A stretch of 64,000 nt of DNA, taken from Candidatus Woesearchaeota archaeon. Its GTDB lineage: Archaea; Nanobdellota; Nanobdellia; Woesearchaeales; GW2011-AR9. Below, piece by piece: positions 19,161-28,238 of the stretch (its first letter is position 1; every line of letters starts with the position of its first letter). The stretch is taken from positions 1,395,771-1,459,770 of the forward strand of contig JACPIK010000002.1 in NCBI GenBank assembly GCA_016188115.1, in the 5' to 3' direction. The notes beneath the pieces are model-generated. The model saw only the letters and a list, made by a program, of their open reading frames with translations. It did not search any database and was not told the origin of the DNA. The position numbers were made by a program, and so were the translations under genes.

Positions 19161-19310
19161 TCTGTAAGATTCTTAGTCAACATTTTCTTCGATCAAAAGG
19201 TGTAACAAAGACAAAAATGAGCCTTTTCACCCCTATGTTATATATGTAGTATATGCCTAATTCCAAAGAATAGAGAAAAGCTTAAAAGAAAGTGACTTTC
19301 AATTTAGGAT

Positions 19311-20201
19311 ATGGATCAATATCAACGCAGCGGAGAAACTTTTCAATTAGTAGGGTATGCTGTTCATGCTCCTCTAGATTCTGATGCTTCACCTGCTGAC
19401 TCCGCTGAAATAGTATCTGCTGTTCGTGCAATTCTTGGTGATGAAACTTTTCGACGTGTTCGGGCTGGTTTTCGAACTAATAGTGATGGTATTGATATTC
19501 ATCGCGTTTCTGCTCCGGATGCAGAAAATTCTGTTTTTGCTTTATATGCGACTGCTCAACAAATGAAGTCAGCAATTAATCTTTTAAGATCATTTGATAA
19601 CGATGATTACCTTCGTTTTGTTGTTCAACCTGATGGGTCTATTCAAGGGCCAAGGCTTCACAGAGACCTAGTTACTTCTTATCTTGCTCAACCAATCTCT
19701 TACTTACTTCCGGCTCAAACGACATCCCTAGTTACTCAATCAACTTCTTCCTCTTCCGCAGTACCATCTCTAGAAACAGTAGTTGAAGCGGCACCCCCTA
19801 AAATTACTTTGTCTAAGCCGGTTTTAGAAGATGAATCACCACAAAAGTTGGTTTTATTGAACCATGGCAACGTAAGACATTTAGCACGAGCATTTAATGA
19901 AGCATTACAAGCAGCAGGTTATAAGTCAAGAGGAACATTGGAATATCATGATGGTCATGTAAGGGTTGTAGCAATACCTGATGGTTTACAACTATCTGTA
20001 GAAGTGTATGGTTTAGGAGAAACAAGTCTTCATGATGTGGTTATACCTCACTTAGAAACTCATTTTGCTCCTTTTGGAGATGGAGCTCAATATGCGTTAC
20101 GTAGGTCTGTTCAAGATCGTTATGCTACTAATTCTAGGGATAAATCTATTGATGTACTTTTCCAAGCTCCAGAAATAAGACGAACTCGGCCTCGTCTTTA
20201 A
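19311..20201 (+). CDS. hypothetical protein
   Basis: 296 aa with a Ser/Thr-rich linker. No motif. Confidence 0.4.
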   Translation: MDQYQRSGETFQLVGYAVHAPLDSDASPADSAEIVSAVRAILGDETFRRVRAGFRTNSDGIDIHRVSAPDAENSVFALYATAQQMKSAINLLRSFDNDDYLRFVVQPDGSIQGPRLHRDLVTSYLAQPISYLLPAQTTSLVTQSTSSSSAVPSLETVVEAAPPKITLSKPVLEDESPQKLVLLNHGNVRHLARAFNEALQAAGYKSRGTLEYHDGHVRVVAIPDGLQLSVEVYGLGETSLHDVVIPHLETHFAPFGDGAQYALRRSVQDRYATNSRDKSIDVLFQAPEIRRTRPRL

Positions 20202-20298
20202 TCCTTGCTCAAAAACCAAAATTTTTTCTTATTTTTCATATACTTACTATATTCTTAATAGCTAAAACATATATAATTAACAGTTCACACTATATTCT

Positions 20299-20604
20299 AT
20301 GAAAATAGCATCTCGCTGCATTGATTGTGATGACGTCATCACTAACCCTATTTGTCCTGATTGTTTAACTCTTCAAATGAAACAAATGGTGGGCGAATAT
20401 GATCCTGTTCTTGCAACCCAGATTGACTCAATCCGCATTGACGGTGCAACCTCCTGCATCTCTTGTGGAGAGGGTATGGGTTTATGTGCACATTGTTTTA
20501 GTAAAGACATCTATCTTCAAGTCAAAGAAGTCAATCCTATCATTGCCAAAGAATTCCTTGCCAGATTTGATTTCGACCTAAGAAAAAGAATAACTTTCTT
20601 CTGA
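20299..20604 (+). CDS. Cys-rich zinc-ribbon protein
   Basis: CxxC pairs 'CIDCDD...CPDC...CISCGE...CAHC'. Confidence 0.4.
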   Translation: MKIASRCIDCDDVITNPICPDCLTLQMKQMVGEYDPVLATQIDSIRIDGATSCISCGEGMGLCAHCFSKDIYLQVKEVNPIIAKEFLARFDFDLRKRITFF

Positions 20605-20624
20605 ACTATTTTTTTTCTCTATCA

Positions 20625-20646
20625 CTCTCTCTCTCTCTCTCTCTCT
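20625..20646. repeat. (CT)n dinucleotide microsatellite, about 11 units
   Basis: 'ctctctctctctctctctctct' lies between two convergent genes. Confidence 0.9.
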
Positions 20647-20676
20647 AAGAAAAATAAATTATATCTCATTTAACAC

Positions 20677-22374
20677 TTAACTCACTAAATTACACTGTTG
20701 TGCAATATCAGTTACAGAAATCTCAAAGCGTACACCTGGTGAATTGGGTAAAGTAATTGTTTTACTCGTCTCCCCTTCTCCAAGAGCAACAACGGATTCT
20801 TCCAGAATTTCCCTTCCTCTTTTTTTGGTAATTAAAATGGGGACTTTTGCCGGTTCGGTATTACAATAATCAGCACCACGAAGAATTTCCCATTCAATCC
20901 CTCCTGCAGCAGTGTAATCTCCACCACCAATTCCTAAATCATATTCATGTCCATCATTCGTTTTAATGTGAACTTTTTTAAGATTACATTTCAAATCACA
21001 ATTTGACTCTTCATACAAGTCCGATAATGCCATGCATCCGCCATTTACACAATAATTGCCTCGAATACATTGGGTATTATCGGTGCATTTTTCTGCGTCA
21101 CTTGCAGCTCTATTTAATTCTCTACCTTCATTAAAATCGCATAACTGATTATTATTTGCATCTAAACAACAACCCACTTTAGAAGGCATATGGGGTGGCA
21201 AACACAAAAATTGAATTTTATATCCATCTTCGGAAGATTCATTTGCGGATACATTAAAGAAAATAGCTCGTCCTGCATTTGCTCCATTAAACATGAAGAT
21301 GACTCCTACTATAATCAAAATTGCAAACATTCCAATATAAGCTGCTTTTGCCGGAGCAGCTTTTTCCTTGCGTCCTGTGCTTTTCTTACTTGTTGTTTGA
21401 CCACTTGCCTCTAAATAGTGTTGATAATTCTGCTTCATTGTTTCTTTATACGCAGCTTCAATTTGATCTTCTGGCCATCCTGCAGCAAGTAATGTTTGTT
21501 TAATTTGAGGGTATTTTCTCCCTTGACGTACATGGCCTGTAATATATTCTACAATTTCAGAATTTGCTGTATCTGCTGATGAAGTTGTTTTCTTCTGATC
21601 TTTGGTAGCAAAATAATATACTGCCATACCTATGCTTATAACGAGTAAAATAAAGAATATGGTTGTAATTGTACTAGTAAACTCTTCTTCTTTTGCAACT
21701 TTCTCTTCTACTGTATCAAGATCTTTATTTGTTTCTCCAAGGTTAGTTTGTAATCCTGCTAAACCTGTTGAGACTCCTGTAATCTTTTTACTCAACCCTT
21801 CCTGGGCCTGATTAAGATCCATTTGGATACGATCTACATCATTACGAAGCACGGCAACTTGAGGTGTAAATGCGCTTTGTCCTTCTTGAAGAGATGCAAC
21901 CATCTGTTCCAAAGTTGCCAACCTTGTTTGAATTGCCGCAGAATCTTGACCCATGGTGGCAAGTTGTGCTTGCAACTCCTCATATTTTTCCTGTGCTTGT
22001 TGTGCTTGAAGCTGTGCAGCAAGTTCTTCTCGATTTGGTTCTTGAGCAATAGGTTCAGCTACAACATCATCTTGGACAACTGGATCTTGTTGTGAACAAG
22101 TATTATCCTCACTACAAACACAAGTATAATCATAATTTTCATCATCAAATTGGTCACAAAAAGAACAATCACTATCTATACGACAGACTTGCCGTAGCGT
22201 ACACGTATGAGTCACTGGGCTGCAAATAGTGTCCACATTATACTCTGCTTCCCATGCGCTACAATCTTGGTCACGAACGCAAGAATAACTAGGTCCGGTA
22301 TCAATTTCTGAGTGTACTAGTATAGCACAAAGTAGAATTAGTACTAGTCCAACTGTTAATAATCTATTTTTCAT
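20677..22374 (-). CDS. secreted or membrane Cys-rich protein with a coiled coil and one TM
   Basis: Signal 'LLTVGLVLILLCAILV'. Cys-rich N- and C-terminal regions. Gln/Ala/Glu-rich coiled coil. TM 'TIFFILLVISIGMAVYYF'. Confidence 0.5.
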   Translation of the reverse strand: MKNRLLTVGLVLILLCAILVHSEIDTGPSYSCVRDQDCSAWEAEYNVDTICSPVTHTCTLRQVCRIDSDCSFCDQFDDENYDYTCVCSEDNTCSQQDPVVQDDVVAEPIAQEPNREELAAQLQAQQAQEKYEELQAQLATMGQDSAAIQTRLATLEQMVASLQEGQSAFTPQVAVLRNDVDRIQMDLNQAQEGLSKKITGVSTGLAGLQTNLGETNKDLDTVEEKVAKEEEFTSTITTIFFILLVISIGMAVYYFATKDQKKTTSSADTANSEIVEYITGHVRQGRKYPQIKQTLLAAGWPEDQIEAAYKETMKQNYQHYLEASGQTTSKKSTGRKEKAAPAKAAYIGMFAILIIVGVIFMFNGANAGRAIFFNVSANESSEDGYKIQFLCLPPHMPSKVGCCLDANNNQLCDFNEGRELNRAASDAEKCTDNTQCIRGNYCVNGGCMALSDLYEESNCDLKCNLKKVHIKTNDGHEYDLGIGGGDYTAAGGIEWEILRGADYCNTEPAKVPILITKKRGREILEESVVALGEGETSKTITLPNSPGVRFEISVTDIAQQCNLVS

Positions 22375-22479
22375 CCTCTTTTACTAACCTGAAGGTTCTT
22401 TTTTCCATTTATATACTTTTGCCTTCCTTGCCGACTTCTAATTTCAAAACCAATATAAACCCTTCAATTCTTTCTTTCC

Positions 22480-23226
22480 TTGCTTATGGCTCTCAACATC
22501 GTCAAGCTTGGTGGTTCCGTTATTAATCCTGATGGGAAGTATGATCTCGCTGCGATCGCCCGTTTCATTAACACGACGCAGCAATCCAAAGATAAATTCA
22601 TCTTCATAGTGGGTGGAGGTAAACTCTGTCGTTTTGTTCAAACCGCCTCTAAACCATTTCTTGAACAAGCTCTTCATCAACAAGAATCAGTAAGTCTTGC
22701 CAATGATGAATTAGGAATCGCCGTTACCAAGATAAATGCACGTTTTCTTCTAGAACAATTTCAAAAAGTGTTAGGTTCGCAAGTTCACCCTCAAATCATC
22801 CTTGACCCTAGTCGCAAAGTATCCAGTACTGCCCGTATCTTTTTTGCCTGCGGTTGGAAACCGGGCTGCAGTACGGATCATGACATGATGTTACTCGCCA
22901 ACGCATTCAGAGCCACGCGTGTGTTTAAAATTAGTAATTTTACAATTGTGAAAGATATTGCTCCTGCAACACTTGCCTCATTAAGTCCTGAAAAACAAAA
23001 AGAAGCTCTTACCAAAGCCCAAGATCTCCCCTCCATGACTTGGAAAAAATTAGAAAGTTTGATTGGCAAAAATTGGTCTGCAGGAATGAATACACCATTT
23101 GATCCCCACGCTACTCAACTAGGATTAAAACTATCAAAGACGTTGACACTCTACATCGGTCAACAAGAAGAATTCTTCCGATTCATGAAAGAAGGTAAGT
23201 TTAAAGGCACCGTGGTGAAAAGATAA
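22480..23226 (+). CDS. pyrH: UMP kinase (archaeal PyrH, amino-acid-kinase family)
   Basis: 'IVKLGGSVI', 'FIVGGGKLCRFV' and 'CGWKPGCSTDHDMMLLA' match the archaeal UMP kinase pattern. Confidence 0.65.
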   Translation: MLMALNIVKLGGSVINPDGKYDLAAIARFINTTQQSKDKFIFIVGGGKLCRFVQTASKPFLEQALHQQESVSLANDELGIAVTKINARFLLEQFQKVLGSQVHPQIILDPSRKVSSTARIFFACGWKPGCSTDHDMMLLANAFRATRVFKISNFTIVKDIAPATLASLSPEKQKEALTKAQDLPSMTWKKLESLIGKNWSAGMNTPFDPHATQLGLKLSKTLTLYIGQQEEFFRFMKEGKFKGTVVKR

Positions 23227-23281
23227 TTTTTCTAATTGTGGCATATTCGCCGTAGTTAAAATAGAACCTAGAAATTCTAAA

Positions 23282-23330
23282 CCCGTCGAATTCGATGGGG
23301 TTAAAATCTAAAAGGGTCGATTTCGACCCC
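23282..23330. promoter_or_regulatory. two dyad-symmetric elements upstream of orc1/cdc6 (candidate ORB-like sites or operator)
   Basis: 'cccgtcgaattcgatgggg' (23282-23300) and 'gggtcgatttcgacccc' (23314-23330). Each is palindromic with G/C-run ends, 13 bp apart. Confidence 0.35.
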
Positions 23331-23389
23331 TTTGACACATCCAACAACAAGCCTAAATCTATTTAAACCAAAACTTTCTCCTTCCCTCC

Positions 23390-24457
23390 ATGTCTCTCTT
23401 CAAAGATATGCTCAAATCGGGCGAATCAGTGTTTCGCGACACTGTTCCACTCAATTTTGATTTTCAACCTAAAGTGGTCTTTGCCAGAGAAAATGAGCAA
23501 CAGCGTTTTGCCATCGCCATTCGACCTTTATTTGAAAATCATAACGGCCGTAATGTCTTTGTTTATGGGCCACCTGGCGTAGGGAAAACCACTGCGTGTA
23601 AACATGTTCTAAGAGAATTAGAAGAGACCACAGATGATATCATCCCTATGTATATCAACTGTTGGAAAGAAAATTCTACCTACAAGATTTTCTTTAAGTT
23701 ATGTGAAGATCTAGGCTATAAATTCATTCAGAGCAAAAAGACTCCTGAACTGTGGGCAATGATCATGCAACGCTTGAACAAAAAGAGTGTTGTGTTTATT
23801 TTTGATGAAATTGACAAACTTGAAGATACAGACTTTCTCTATACTATCCTTGAAGACATTTATCGCAAATCCATTTTTCTCATCACAAATTATCGTGATT
23901 CCTACAGTGAGATGGATGAACGCATTAGAAGCCGCCTCAATCCTGAGTTTCTTCATTTTCCTCCCTACACAGAAACGGAAATTGGTAAAATTCTAGAACA
24001 ACGTAAGGAATATGCCTTCGTACCTGGATGTTGGGACGATGATGCATTCAAAGAGATTGTCGAGCATTGCTCTGAAGACAAAGATGTGCGTGTTGGTCTC
24101 TATCTCATGCGTGAAACTGGAAACATTGCTGAAGAGAAAAGTTCGCGTAAAATTACCTGTCTTCATGTTGCTGCAGCCATTGCCAAAGCCCAAGAATTTC
24201 AAATCAAATCAAAAGAATCTCTTGAAGAGGATCTCCAAGTCATTCTCGAAATCATTAAAGACAACAATGGTAAAAAAATTGGTGAAATTTTCACATCATA
24301 TCAACAGATGGGCGGAGAACTCAGTTACAAAAGCTTTCAACGTCGAATTTTACGCTTGCAGGATGGGCGATATATCAATACAGAAAAAGTAACTGGAACC
24401 GAAGGCAATACCACTATTGTTCATTTTGCCTCACACAAAAAATTAACTGATTTCTAA
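23390..24457 (+). CDS. cdc6: Orc1/Cdc6 replication initiator
   Basis: AAA+ Walker A 'VYGPPGVGKTT', Walker B 'IFDEIDKL', and a C-terminal winged-helix region. Confidence 0.85.
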   Translation: MSLFKDMLKSGESVFRDTVPLNFDFQPKVVFARENEQQRFAIAIRPLFENHNGRNVFVYGPPGVGKTTACKHVLRELEETTDDIIPMYINCWKENSTYKIFFKLCEDLGYKFIQSKKTPELWAMIMQRLNKKSVVFIFDEIDKLEDTDFLYTILEDIYRKSIFLITNYRDSYSEMDERIRSRLNPEFLHFPPYTETEIGKILEQRKEYAFVPGCWDDDAFKEIVEHCSEDKDVRVGLYLMRETGNIAEEKSSRKITCLHVAAAIAKAQEFQIKSKESLEEDLQVILEIIKDNNGKKIGEIFTSYQQMGGELSYKSFQRRILRLQDGRYINTEKVTGTEGNTTIVHFASHKKLTDF

Positions 24458-24473
24458 ATCCCTAAATCAAACC

Positions 24474-24929
24474 ATGGCCGCCGAACCAAAAATCAGTGCA
24501 CATGAATCATCCGCAGGGATTATACTCTATCGCCTGCTTAACAAAAAACGAGAATACCTTCTTCTACAATATCATTATACTACTTCTTATTGGGGGCTGT
24601 GCAAAGGACGTATTGAACAAAATGAAGATCCTGAACAGACAGCACTGCGCGAAGCAGCAGAAGAAACAAGTTACACCAAGATCGAACTCCACTCTCGCTT
24701 TCGAGAAAAAACCTCTTACTTCTTTCTTCGGGAGGGGAAGTACATCTCTAAAAGCGTACTCTGGTTTTGCGGCAAGGTGTTGGATACTCACGATGGCAAA
24801 GTGTCATTTGAACACACCAAGCTCATCTGGCTACCATACGAAAAAGCAATTGAGAAATTAACCTATGACAATGATAAAAGAATGGTGCAAGAAGCAGAAG
24901 AGTTTTTGAAAAATTTTGAAAAGAAATGA
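24474..24929 (+). CDS. NUDIX hydrolase
   Basis: Nudix box 'GLCKGRIEQNEDPEQTALREAAEETS'. Confidence 0.75.
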   Translation: MAAEPKISAHESSAGIILYRLLNKKREYLLLQYHYTTSYWGLCKGRIEQNEDPEQTALREAAEETSYTKIELHSRFREKTSYFFLREGKYISKSVLWFCGKVLDTHDGKVSFEHTKLIWLPYEKAIEKLTYDNDKRMVQEAEEFLKNFEKK

Positions 24930-24946
24930 ACAACAGTTCTAAATTC

Positions 24947-25573
24947 TTATCCTTTCTGTCCCAACCCAATATCCACCACAATAATCTTGGCATTATACTT
25001 CTCCAACCCAGGTTTAGTGTCATGAAACGTAAACACAGTGTCTACATCACAGATTTTATTTGCGACATCTCCGGTATCTGGATGAAGTCCTGAGGGTACA
25101 TCTAGTGATATTTTCTCCCCAGGTATAGAATTAAAAAAATCAATGCCCCAACTTACAGGTTCACGTATATCTCCCTCAATACCAATTCCAAGCATTGCAT
25201 CAACTAAGATTAATTGGTGTTTTGGTTGAAAATGAATCTTCTCTAAATCTTCTTTATTTTTAATAGGAACAATTGTTGCTTTTTGCCAAATTGCATCGTA
25301 TTCTTTGAGTGCTTCAGGAGTTAACTTTATTTTCTCACCAAAAAACAAAACCACTACGGGCACAGTCTCAAGTAAATAACGCGCAAGAGCAAATCCGTCT
25401 CCCCCATTGTTTCCTTGACCTGCAAAAATAATCACTCGTTTTCCTTCAACTTCATGGTGAATAGTTAATAGGTGTGCAACTTCGCGCCCCACATTATCCA
25501 TAAGATCTTTCGCAAAGACTCCTTGCTTCTGCGCTTCTCGTTCAAGCTTGCGTAATTGAGCAACTGTGATCAT
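24947..25573 (-). CDS. NAD(P)H-hydrate epimerase (YjeF N-terminal domain)
   Basis: 'FAGQGNNGGDGFALARYL' is the YjeF_N signature. Confidence 0.7.
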   Translation of the reverse strand: MITVAQLRKLEREAQKQGVFAKDLMDNVGREVAHLLTIHHEVEGKRVIIFAGQGNNGGDGFALARYLLETVPVVVLFFGEKIKLTPEALKEYDAIWQKATIVPIKNKEDLEKIHFQPKHQLILVDAMLGIGIEGDIREPVSWGIDFFNSIPGEKISLDVPSGLHPDTGDVANKICDVDTVFTFHDTKPGLEKYNAKIIVVDIGLGQKG

Positions 25574-25642
25574 ACGCCATCAAGAGACGTGTTGCTATAA
25601 AAAGATTTAGCATCAAAAGTCTATGCAGAATAATCAATGCTA

Positions 25643-26065
25643 TTATCCCAAATAGTAAACCAACAACGGCACCACAAATCCAATCAATGAACCAACAGCT
25701 ACTTGGGCAGGCGTGTGTCCCATGGCAAAATGAGTTTCTTTATGTAATTTTAATTTCTTAAGAATGGTTGTGATCATCACGCCTTCTTCTCCTACGGTAC
25801 GACGTACACCAAACGCATCCCGAATCACAATCATTGCCAGAACAAGGGTAATTGCAAACGCCGTTGACGCTCCCTCATCAAGATAAATACTTGTGGAGAG
25901 GGCAACCACAAACGCCGAATGCGAGGAGGGCATACCTCCAGTAACAACAATATCTTTCACATTAAGACTCTTGTGCTGAAAGAAATAGAGAATCAACTTA
26001 AGCAGCTGCGCGCCAAAGCCAGCAAGTAACGTTGCAAGTAAGACGAAATTCATAGACTGAATCAT
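25643..26065 (-). CDS. divergent PAP2-family membrane protein
   Basis: 'GGMPSSHSAFVVAL' motif with four predicted TM segments. Confidence 0.6.
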   Translation of the reverse strand: MIQSMNFVLLATLLAGFGAQLLKLILYFFQHKSLNVKDIVVTGGMPSSHSAFVVALSTSIYLDEGASTAFAITLVLAMIVIRDAFGVRRTVGEEGVMITTILKKLKLHKETHFAMGHTPAQVAVGSLIGFVVPLLVYYLG

Positions 26066-26133
26066 TCTTTCCTGATTTAAATAAATGCGTTTTCATTCCA
26101 ACGTAGAGACGAGTCATCCATAAATTATTTAAG

Positions 26134-26841
26134 GTGAGAAAGAAAGAGTCACTCATGCCCAAAAGTTATCACGTTGGAATCATTCTTGATGGCAATCGCC
26201 GCTTTGCACAAAAAAACCAAAAGCCAACACTTGAAGGTCATAAGCTCGGTGCACAAAACGTAAAAAAACTCATTCTAGAATGGGCACCTGCCTGTAACAT
26301 CAACCAGCTGACTCTCTATGCGTTTTCTATGCAGAACTTTCAGCGTTCCAAAGAAGAAGTATCCTATCTCTTCAGTTTGTTTCGTTCATTTACGCAGGAG
26401 CTACTCAAGTCAAAAGAATTTCATGATCGGGACGTTCGCATCCGTTTCTGTGGTCGTCTGTATCTCTTTCCTAAACCATTGCAAACAATTATGCATAAAC
26501 TCATGGAGAAGACCAAGAACAACACTGGTCTGGTAGTCAATTTGTGTATGGCGTATGGTGGCAAAGAAGAAATTATTGATGCTGTCAAAGACATTGTTAC
26601 ACAAAAGATTCCCGCTTCCAAGATCGATGAGAAACTCTTTGCGTCGCATCTCTATCTAGCTGATGAACCAGATCTCATCATCCGCACCGGTGGCGACCAA
26701 CGCACTTCTAACTTTTTAATCTGGCAGTCATGGTATAGTGAGTGGTTCTTTGTCAAAAAAACTTGGCCTGAATTTAGTGAAAAAGATTTGAAGAAAATCA
26801 TTAAAGACTTTGAAGAACGACAGAGACGGTTTGGGAAGTGA
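26134..26841 (+). CDS. uppS: cis-prenyltransferase (undecaprenyl/dehydrodolichyl diphosphate synthase)
   Basis: 'HVGIILDGNRRFA', with 'RTGG' and 'SNFLIWQ' regions. Confidence 0.8.
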   Translation: MRKKESLMPKSYHVGIILDGNRRFAQKNQKPTLEGHKLGAQNVKKLILEWAPACNINQLTLYAFSMQNFQRSKEEVSYLFSLFRSFTQELLKSKEFHDRDVRIRFCGRLYLFPKPLQTIMHKLMEKTKNNTGLVVNLCMAYGGKEEIIDAVKDIVTQKIPASKIDEKLFASHLYLADEPDLIIRTGGDQRTSNFLIWQSWYSEWFFVKKTWPEFSEKDLKKIIKDFEERQRRFGK

Positions 26842-26847
26842 AACTGA

Positions 26848-28155
26848 TCAATCTAAGTTATCGATGTTTTTAGCTAGTGCATTTAATCCTCTTAACAGAT
26901 CATCATAAGTGTAAAAAGATACTTCCCCCAGATTCCTTGATTTAAACTCTCTTAGTTTCTCCTGTTCATAATCTTTTTCACAACCCATAATCAGAACACC
27001 TTTAACTCGGTTTATATCTTCTACTTTTAGATTACCTATTCCTTTTAGAACGGCTGATTTTTCATCACTTACTAAGTGAATCCAATTGTTCACTTGATCT
27101 AGTGCGTGTTGCATTTCTCTCTTTGTTTCACCATTTTTCTTCATTATTTGGAATGAAGGTTTTTCAATTTCTATAAGAAGAAGATCTTTCCTGTTTGTTA
27201 CTATACAAAAGTCAGTTTTATACTTACTCAAGATAGGCATTTTGTTATAAATCATCTCTGGCGAAAAAAGACTTAGTATTAATGTATTCCTTTCAATAAA
27301 TTTTTGAACTTCTTCTTCTCCAGGGTTACTTTCTATTAATAGTTTAAATGCATCAATTATTTTAATTATTGAAGCTTTTGTATAATAATTCTGTGCAGAT
27401 ATAATTTTTTGACTGCCATTTTTGACTTTTCCTAATAAAGCGTGAAAGTTTTCACGTATGTATTTGAGACTAAATGAAGAATTCCTACACTTACAAGAGA
27501 AAATATCTGGTAAATCCTCAAACCAGATATCTCCTTTTTCCTCAAATACTTTATCTCTCTCTAAACCTACATAAATCTTAAGTTCTGCTTTGCAGTTTTT
27601 ACAACCAAGTTGAATTGCTATTTTCTTTGAGATGGCGGGGTCAGCTTTTAGAGCAGCAATCCTCTCTTTACTTAAGGGGGGAACTTTTTGATAATGAAAA
27701 GTAACTGACCCGATTGGGATTTTTTCACCATCTTGTTCTAAAAAAATATTAAGTGTCGTCGGTTCGGATAAAATTATATCCTTCTCGAAGTCGCAGAGGA
27801 AAAGCGACCAACCCGTAGTTAAATCTCGAACTTTAATTGAAAAAGTATTTCCCCTATCAACGTTTAAATTTCTTTTATTGATTCCTTGTTCGTGATATTT
27901 TAAAGACATTTTTTGAATTAGAAGTCCGTTCTGATCCAAAAATTCTAGATTTGTATCTTTTAAATTTTTAACGTCATAAATCGCGAATACTAATTTTTTA
28001 AATTCTTTAAGATTTATAGGAAAGATGAGACAAAAACAGTTAGAGTTAATACCTATTAAATTGTGGTACCAACTTCTATAATCTCCCTCTCTAATCGACT
28101 CTCCTTTCTCACACAAACCTAAGAAAGCTACTCTGGGAATAATATTACTGCTCAT
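26848..28155 (-). CDS. AT-rich hypothetical protein with a C-terminal PD-(D/E)xK-like nuclease signature (possible DUF4263 / Shedu-like)
   Basis: C-terminal 'KTDFCIVTNRKDLLLIEIEKP...QHALDQVNNW' reads as a D...E-x-K-type core. Internal CxxC...CxC 'CKNCKAEL...CKCRN'. Composition is distinctly more AT-rich than the flanking uppS and mutL. Confidence 0.3.
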   Translation of the reverse strand: MSSNIIPRVAFLGLCEKGESIREGDYRSWYHNLIGINSNCFCLIFPINLKEFKKLVFAIYDVKNLKDTNLEFLDQNGLLIQKMSLKYHEQGINKRNLNVDRGNTFSIKVRDLTTGWSLFLCDFEKDIILSEPTTLNIFLEQDGEKIPIGSVTFHYQKVPPLSKERIAALKADPAISKKIAIQLGCKNCKAELKIYVGLERDKVFEEKGDIWFEDLPDIFSCKCRNSSFSLKYIRENFHALLGKVKNGSQKIISAQNYYTKASIIKIIDAFKLLIESNPGEEEVQKFIERNTLILSLFSPEMIYNKMPILSKYKTDFCIVTNRKDLLLIEIEKPSFQIMKKNGETKREMQHALDQVNNWIHLVSDEKSAVLKGIGNLKVEDINRVKGVLIMGCEKDYEQEKLREFKSRNLGEVSFYTYDDLLRGLNALAKNIDNLD

Positions 28156-28238
28156 AAACCCATTTAATAGATTGAGCTTAAATATGTTTCTTCGCTGTCA
28201 CCATAATCAATATAAACCTCCTTCTCTGCAAAACAACC

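Noticed and set aside
20625-20646. Possible CRISPR or other spacer-repeat array at the CT-rich stretch
   Set aside because: It is a simple dinucleotide microsatellite with no spacers, and there are no cas genes.
22480-23226. Isopentenyl phosphate kinase instead of UMP kinase
   Set aside because: Both are amino-acid-kinase family members. However, 'GGGKLCRFV' and 'GWKPGCSTD' align better with archaeal PyrH (GGGKLAR / GGTHPGHTTD) than with IPK's HGGGSFGH motif.
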